Positions 24,502 through 29,067 of a stretch of DNA of 29,067 nt are shown in pieces. The notes below the pieces were generated by a model, which was not told the origin of the DNA, did no database searches, and worked only from the letters and a program-made list of their open reading frames with translations. Source of the stretch: Chthonomonas calidirosea (GTDB lineage Bacteria; Armatimonadota; Fimbriimonadia; Fimbriimonadales; Fimbriimonadaceae). The translations under genes were made by a program, and so were the position numbers. The stretch's first letter is position 1. Each line of letters starts with the position of its first letter. The stretch lies in contig CAMAPH010000036.1 of the NCBI GenBank assembly GCA_945859975.1, positions 1 to 29,067 of the forward strand. Direction: 5' to 3'.

Positions 24502-25620
24502 TCAATCGTTGATCTCGAAAGAACCAAGGCCCAGCTCTTCGGGCGGGAAGACGCTCCGCGTGCTCCAATCCAGGACTTGCTCAATGTCTCTTTTGCGCTG
24601 AGCGCTCGGGTGATTTGATGACAATTCGGCCCGAAGTTTCACGAGTTCGTTGCGCGCGATTCGGAGAGCATTGCGCAGCATTCGAACTTCGTCGATGAAT
24701 TCACCGTTTCGGGAAGATTCGTAGACGTCTTTGCTGAGCTGCAATTCACCTAGTGGCGTTGGGATGGTCACGTCGACGGTCACCGTCTTTACGGTTTCCA
24801 CAACTCTAATGGGAGCGTCGGACCTGCGCCCGATCCCCTGTGGTTCTTGCGGGATGCCGATTGGCGGTGGTGGGCAGTCTTGATCGGACCGGCGCGGCAA
24901 TCGTGGCGTGTCGACAACGATCCTTTCTCCACCCGTCCAGGTCACCCGGATCGTTCCGGGGTGCAGGGACTGAAAGGCGAGATCGCTTTGCATGCCGAAA
25001 GATTTGACGACGTCGTAGGCTTTTTCCCACCGACCATGCCGGTTGAGAACGTGATGCTTAACTACCTCGACGTTGCCGAACTTTAGCTTTCCGTCCCACG
25101 CCGGGACTGGCGCGGGAGGAGTGACCGGAGTTTCGATCGGGCGGAATGTGGACAAAGAGAACTTTAGCCGTGCGGGGTCAAGGAAGGTCACGGACTGGCA
25201 GGCACCGGCCATATCTACGACCGCAATTCCGTGCTCCGGCCAAACGAGCCAGCTCCAGTTTTCCTTGCGCTCGGTCGCAAAGTACCGAGTGGGTTCAGAT
25301 CCCATTGCCTTGGCGATGGACTCCGTTTTGGTTCTGGTAGCCGAGAAATCGAGATGGATTCCTCGGAGTTTTGAAGTTGGCTGGTTCCCTTCGAAAAGGG
25401 CGAAGACCTTCGGGTCGCTGCCGGCTCGGGTCAGGATTCGCAACCGATTTGGAATGTCTTGAAGCTTCTCGGTGTGGAAAAGCTCGGCGAGTTCGCGGGA
25501 ACTGGTTTTCCCGATTTGGAAGGCACCAAACTGTCCGGTCGCGAAGGTGCTTGGCTCGGGCACCCGAAGCCGGTCTGGCACGGCTGCTACCCCAGCCAAT
25601 AGTAGAGTTACGAGCGGCAT
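24502..25620 (-). CDS. Hypothetical exported protein, paralogue A
   Basis: 372 aa; GGAGG 4 nt before the ATG; hydrophobic N-terminus; colinear motifs shared with the upstream gene. Confidence 0.8.
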   Translation of the reverse strand: MPLVTLLLAGVAAVPDRLRVPEPSTFATGQFGAFQIGKTSSRELAELFHTEKLQDIPNRLRILTRAGSDPKVFALFEGNQPTSKLRGIHLDFSATRTKTESIAKAMGSEPTRYFATERKENWSWLVWPEHGIAVVDMAGACQSVTFLDPARLKFSLSTFRPIETPVTPPAPVPAWDGKLKFGNVEVVKHHVLNRHGRWEKAYDVVKSFGMQSDLAFQSLHPGTIRVTWTGGERIVVDTPRLPRRSDQDCPPPPIGIPQEPQGIGRRSDAPIRVVETVKTVTVDVTIPTPLGELQLSKDVYESSRNGEFIDEVRMLRNALRIARNELVKLRAELSSNHPSAQRKRDIEQVLDWSTRSVFPPEELGLGSFEIND

Positions 25621-25675
25621 GCGACCTCCGCAAAGCTTTCATTCGTACCACTGAAGATTCGAGGGTGAGTTAGCA

Positions 25676-26716
25676 TCATTGGCCCAGGGTGGTTGCGTAC
25701 AAAACTTGGTCGACGTTCGCCGTTCGGAACGACTCGCGCGATGGCGGAGCGGCGTTTCGGGCGGCGTAAACGATCCGGTCCCGCATGTTTTCAATCGCTT
25801 CGTCGATCGTCTCGTAGATGCTGCGTTCGTATGATCTCGAAGACTGTCGGCAGCTCGCTTCTCCCGTCCGCTGGATCCAACCGTAGGGGCTGGGAATGGT
25901 TGCCTTGGCGGTCACGCTGATGTTCGCGTAGCAAAACTCGGTTCGTTTGCGCTTCCGCTTTGTCTTCGGATCTTCTTCTTCTTCGACCTCTTCCGTCACT
26001 TCTCGAACCGACACCGTCACCTTCACTTCACCATCTGAATCTTGGATGTGTCGAAAGGATTTATAGGGGCCGATGCTGGTGACGCACCGGCGGGTGTAGT
26101 CAGGAATAGAGTTCGAGCCGTACGTAAAGCCTGATCTGGATGGGCCACGGTCTTCGTCTACATCGACCGACCCAAAGGTGGCAACGCGGTCCCAATTGGC
26201 GCCGGGGTCCGGGACCGGCACGACGGGGGTTAGAGTGGTGGAGAGATACTGCAACTGGCGACGGATTCTGTTTGGATCGGCTAGAAGAACGCCAACAACC
26301 CAACCATTGATGACCACGGCAGCAACTCCCTTTTCCGGCCAATGAAGCCATTTCCAGTCTTCGTGTCTGGTCGACATAAAGCGCGATTCAGGCTCTTGGT
26401 GACTTTTGGTGATGAAGTCGGATTCTGAAATCGCTTTGCTCCAGTAGTCCAGCCAGAAGCCTTGGATGACAGCCTTGGCACCTCGGCCATCTAGAATAGC
26501 GTGAATGGCGGGGTCGGTGGAGTTTGCTTTTGTGAACCGAAGCGCCTCGGGTCGGACGGCTCCTTTCTCGGTCACAAATCGTTTTTTAGCTTCGCCATCT
26601 GTTGACTTGCCGATGGTGAGCCCCGCAAATGCGGAGCCATTGAGGCGCCAAATTTCCGGTACGGAAATTCGTTCTGGCGCCACGATCGCCATCAGAACCA
26701 TTGCATGGAGGGCCAT
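25676..26716 (-). CDS. Hypothetical exported protein, paralogue B
   Basis: Start reassigned to ATG 26716 (MALHAMVLMAIVAP). It has AAGGA and TATAAT just upstream, aligns with the paralogue A start, and removes the overlap with the kbl-like gene. Confidence 0.8.
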   Translation of the reverse strand: MALHAMVLMAIVAPERISVPEIWRLNGSAFAGLTIGKSTDGEAKKRFVTEKGAVRPEALRFTKANSTDPAIHAILDGRGAKAVIQGFWLDYWSKAISESDFITKSHQEPESRFMSTRHEDWKWLHWPEKGVAAVVINGWVVGVLLADPNRIRRQLQYLSTTLTPVVPVPDPGANWDRVATFGSVDVDEDRGPSRSGFTYGSNSIPDYTRRCVTSIGPYKSFRHIQDSDGEVKVTVSVREVTEEVEEEEDPKTKRKRKRTEFCYANISVTAKATIPSPYGWIQRTGEASCRQSSRSYERSIYETIDEAIENMRDRIVYAARNAAPPSRESFRTANVDQVLYATTLGQ

Positions 26717-26729
26717 TTCCTTGCCTTTC

Positions 26730-26735
26730 ATTATA
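26730..26735 (-). promoter_or_regulatory. Consensus -10 element TATAAT for the paralogue B/A unit
   Basis: Minus strand reads TATAAT-gaaaggcaaggaa-ATG. Confidence 0.6.
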
Positions 26736-26764
26736 AGGGCAAAACCGCGAATTCGGACTCCCGA

Positions 26765-26770
26765 TAAACT
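26765..26770 (+). promoter_or_regulatory. Putative -10 element (TAAACT) 6 nt before the kbl-like ATG
   Basis: TAAACT-agagaa-ATG. Confidence 0.55.
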
Positions 26771-26776
26771 AGAGAA

Positions 26777-27982
26777 ATGAACGCGCCGTTCCAGACTTGG
26801 TTGACCGGGCAGATTGACACGCTGAAGGACCAGAACCTTTACAAAGTGCCACGGATTCTTGAGACTCCTGCCGGGGGCCGAGTGGTCATGAACGGCAAAG
26901 AAGTTGTCAACCTCTCCTCCAACAACTATCTCGGATTGGCGAACGATCCACGGGTGAAACAGGCGGCACTTGAAGCGATCGAGAAGTGGGGAGTGGGCGC
27001 GGGAGCGGTCCGCTGGATCGGCGGAACGATGTCGGTTCACGACGAGCTAGAGGAGCGACTGGCCAAGTTCAAGCACACCGAGTCGGTGTTGGTGTTCACG
27101 GGCGGATTCACGGCGAATTCTGGCTGCATTCCGGCGGTTTTGACCAGCAACGACGTTGTGATCAGCGATGAACTGAACCACGCGAGCATCATCGATGGCG
27201 TTCGGCTTTCTCCCGCCGCGTACCGAAAGAGCGAAGGTTGGGTTTACGCGCACAAGGACATGGATGCGCTAGAAACGGCCCTAAAGAACGCGAATGAGAA
27301 GGGCTTCGAAAAGAAGCTGATCATTACGGACGGCGTTTTCAGCATGGATGGAGACATCGCGCCGCTTCCCGACATCGTGAATCTGGCTGAGCAGTACAAC
27401 GCGATCGTGATGGTGGACGACGCCCACGCGAGCGGAGTGCTTGGAAAGAATGGCGCGGGCACGGCAAGCCACTTTGGCCTTTATGGCCGAGTGGATATTC
27501 AGCTTGGAACGCTGAGTAAAGCGCTTGGCGTTATCGGCGGCTACATCGCGGGACCGGCGGTTCTGAAGGACTGGCTGATCAACCGTGGCCGACCGTACTT
27601 GTTCAGCACCGCACACCCCCCAATGGTCGCGGCGGCGTTGATCGAGGCGCTGAACATCATGGAAAACGACCCCACGCCGATGCAGCGACTATGGGACAAC
27701 ACCCGTTGGTGGAAGCAGGCGCTTGCCGATGAAGGCTTCGACACGATGGGGAGCGAGACGCCGATCACCCCGGTTTACGTCGGCGACGAGGGAACGGCGC
27801 AGGCGATGGAGAAGGCGCTGTTCGAGGAAGGCGTTTACGCGTTGGCGATCGTGTTTCCGACCGTTGGTCGCGGCAAGGCGAGGTTGCGAACGATGCCTTC
27901 CGCGGCACATACGCAAGAGGATTTAGAGTTTGCGCTGGCGGCGTTCAAGCGGGTTCGGGATCGGTTTACGTCAGCTGGGTGA
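26777..27982 (+). CDS. kbl: PLP-dependent alpha-oxoamine synthase family acyltransferase; most like glycine C-acetyltransferase (BioF-like activity not excluded)
   Basis: NLSSNNYLGLA, GAGAVRWIGGT, SDELNHASIIDG, TDGVFSMDGD, VDDAH, GTLSKALG (PLP Lys), RPYLFST. Confidence 0.82.
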   Translation: MNAPFQTWLTGQIDTLKDQNLYKVPRILETPAGGRVVMNGKEVVNLSSNNYLGLANDPRVKQAALEAIEKWGVGAGAVRWIGGTMSVHDELEERLAKFKHTESVLVFTGGFTANSGCIPAVLTSNDVVISDELNHASIIDGVRLSPAAYRKSEGWVYAHKDMDALETALKNANEKGFEKKLIITDGVFSMDGDIAPLPDIVNLAEQYNAIVMVDDAHASGVLGKNGAGTASHFGLYGRVDIQLGTLSKALGVIGGYIAGPAVLKDWLINRGRPYLFSTAHPPMVAAALIEALNIMENDPTPMQRLWDNTRWWKQALADEGFDTMGSETPITPVYVGDEGTAQAMEKALFEEGVYALAIVFPTVGRGKARLRTMPSAAHTQEDLEFALAAFKRVRDRFTSAG

Positions 27983-27990
27983 CGGTCGCA

Positions 27991-28302
27991 ATGAGCTACC
28001 TGGGCGAAGACGCGGATACGCGCTTGTTTCGAAACCGAATTGAAGTAAACGCGTACCTGTGGCTCGTTGCCTCGATTGCTTGGCTTATTGTTTGTTTCGG
28101 TATTGGTTTCTTCCATGAACCGTTTCTGAACCATGCCTTCAGCGGGGCAATTTGCCTAAGCGTTCTCGCTGTCTGCTTTGCCATCGCCACGTGTCGATGG
28201 CGGACCGTTTGCTGGGTTCTGTTTCTTGCATTGGTCCAGTATCCGCCGGCTTTTATCGTAGGAGTCCTTCTTGCGTGTGGTTGCCATGGTAAGTGTCTCT
28301 AA
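27991..28302 (+). CDS. Hypothetical 103-aa three-TM membrane protein, paralogue 1
   Basis: Aligns without gaps to 28369-28680 when started at ATG 27991; ends CGCHGKCL. Confidence 0.8.
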   Translation: MSYLGEDADTRLFRNRIEVNAYLWLVASIAWLIVCFGIGFFHEPFLNHAFSGAICLSVLAVCFAIATCRWRTVCWVLFLALVQYPPAFIVGVLLACGCHGKCL

Positions 28303-28357
28303 CGTAGAGCGGTCTGAGTTTCCTCATACCTGGCCTTGAAAAGCCATAGCGGACCGC

Positions 28358-28363
28358 TAGAGT
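28358..28363 (+). promoter_or_regulatory. Putative -10 element (TAGAGT) 5 nt before ATG 28369
   Basis: TAGAGT-tcaac-ATG; no Shine-Dalgarno sequence. Confidence 0.45.
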
Positions 28364-28368
28364 TCAAC

Positions 28369-28680
28369 ATGACTTGGCCGTATGAGGACGAAGCGACTCG
28401 GCGGTATCGTGACCGCCTGCAGCGGTTTGCCTGGCGATGGCTTGCGGCTTCGTACTTATTTCTGGTTGGCGGTTATCTTTTGACCTTTGTCGCGGACGAT
28501 TTCTTCGACGTTGGACTTTACGTGCCAATTCCGCTCTCAACGATTTCGATGGGTGTGGCGATTGCGACCAACCGTTGGAAGCCAATTGTCTTTGTGCTGC
28601 TGATCGCTCTAGTGCAGATGCCGATCAGTTTCCTGATCGGCATCAGCGTTTCTTGTTCTGCCCGGGGTGCGTGTCTTTAG
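28369..28680 (+). CDS. Hypothetical 103-aa three-TM membrane protein, paralogue 2
   Basis: Same length as paralogue 1 from ATG 28369; ends CSARGACL. Confidence 0.8.
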   Translation: MTWPYEDEATRRYRDRLQRFAWRWLAASYLFLVGGYLLTFVADDFFDVGLYVPIPLSTISMGVAIATNRWKPIVFVLLIALVQMPISFLIGISVSCSARGACL

Positions 28681-28683
28681 CGA

Positions 28684-29067
28684 CTACGCTTCAAGCTCGA
28701 TCGACACAATGCTCGCTGGTGGCAGTTCCATAGAAATCCGCCCTTCGGACACGCTCACTTCGAACGGCACCGGCAGCACGGTCTCCGGTGCTTCGAACGT
28801 GCTGTGGCTCTGCACCGTCGGTCCAGCAAGGATACGAGCGCGGACGACCTTTGCGGAGGTCGGCAGGCCACTGATCTCGATGGTCTGAGGCTGTGCGATG
28901 TCCAGGTTGGACGCGGAAACCGTGATCCTTCCGTCCTTCTGAGATGCAGTCGCCGAGGCTGCCGGAATGCCGGTATCGGCTTCGCCGGTCTCGAGCTGAA
29001 GATCGATGCGCTTGGCGTCTTGGTGAGGCACGTACATCTCAAACACCCAATAGGTTGGGGTCATGAT
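28684..29067 (-). CDS. abfA: GH51 alpha-L-arabinofuranosidase, C-terminal domain (5' part outside the window)
   Basis: TPTYWVFEMYVPHQDA, SATAS, HSTFEAPETVLP and LPPASIVSIEL are characteristic of the GH51 C-terminal beta-sandwich. Confidence 0.82.
   Translation of the reverse strand: MMTPTYWVFEMYVPHQDAKRIDLQLETGEADTGIPAASATASQKDGRITVSASNLDIAQPQTIEISGLPTSAKVVRARILAGPTVQSHSTFEAPETVLPVPFEVSVSEGRISMELPPASIVSIELEA

Noticed and set aside
26717..27040. 108-aa N-terminal extension of ORF 25676-27040
   Set aside because: It is antisense to the kbl-like gene and crosses the promoter gap; homology to paralogue A starts at ATG 26716.
26777..27982. Serine palmitoyltransferase or a biotin operon
   Set aside because: No acyl carrier, sphingolipid or bio genes are adjacent, and the GAGAVR and RPYLFST segments fit Kbl-like enzymes better; the substrate remains unproven.
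27991..28680. SMR (EmrE-like) or Fluc/CrcB paired transporters, or RiPP precursors
   Set aside because: Three rather than four TM segments, no membrane-embedded Glu in TM1, no GxxGxxTTFS motif, and no modifying enzymes nearby.
1..29067. CRISPR array, tRNA/rRNA, IS element, prophage or defence island
   Set aside because: Nearly all sequence is assigned to CDSs, gaps are under 180 bp, and I saw no spaced direct repeats, terminal inverted repeats or recombinase/nuclease motifs.

Overview
A gene-dense bacterial chromosomal window with 25 supportable CDSs. I found no rRNA, tRNA, CRISPR array, transposase, integrase or phage gene. Left to right: partial rfbB and an RmlC-like cupin (-); then a tightly packed 12-gene + strand run at 1149-15481 (gmhA, nth, glnE-like, plsY, TM/Zn-ribbon protein, single LptF/G permease, LptD-like barrel, GT-C membrane glycosyltransferase, aldo-keto reductase, stand-alone ACT protein, DapG-type aspartokinase, folP). 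These are followed by ldhA (-), an exported stalk-domain protein (-), dedA (+), GH20 with an SGNH hydrolase (-), ppx-ppk1 (-), two unknown exported paralogues (-), a kbl-like PLP enzyme (+), two unknown 103-aa membrane paralogues (+) and the 3' end of a GH51 arabinofuranosidase (-). The gene set and style suggest a diderm Terrabacterium such as Armatimonadota; this is inference only. Best leads: (1) a separately encoded, translationally coupled ACT-ACT protein that looks like a dedicated beta subunit for the adjacent aspartokinase; (2) two gaplessly alignable 103-aa 3-TM proteins ending C-x3-G-x-C-L; (3) two unknown exported paralogues with a swapped variable loop; (4) a TM/helical/Cys4 protein inside the plsY-lptF/G-lptD cluster; (5) recurring TAnnnT-N5-8-ATG leaderless-type starts and ultra-short signal peptides. 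All family calls come from reading motifs by eye; no searches were run.
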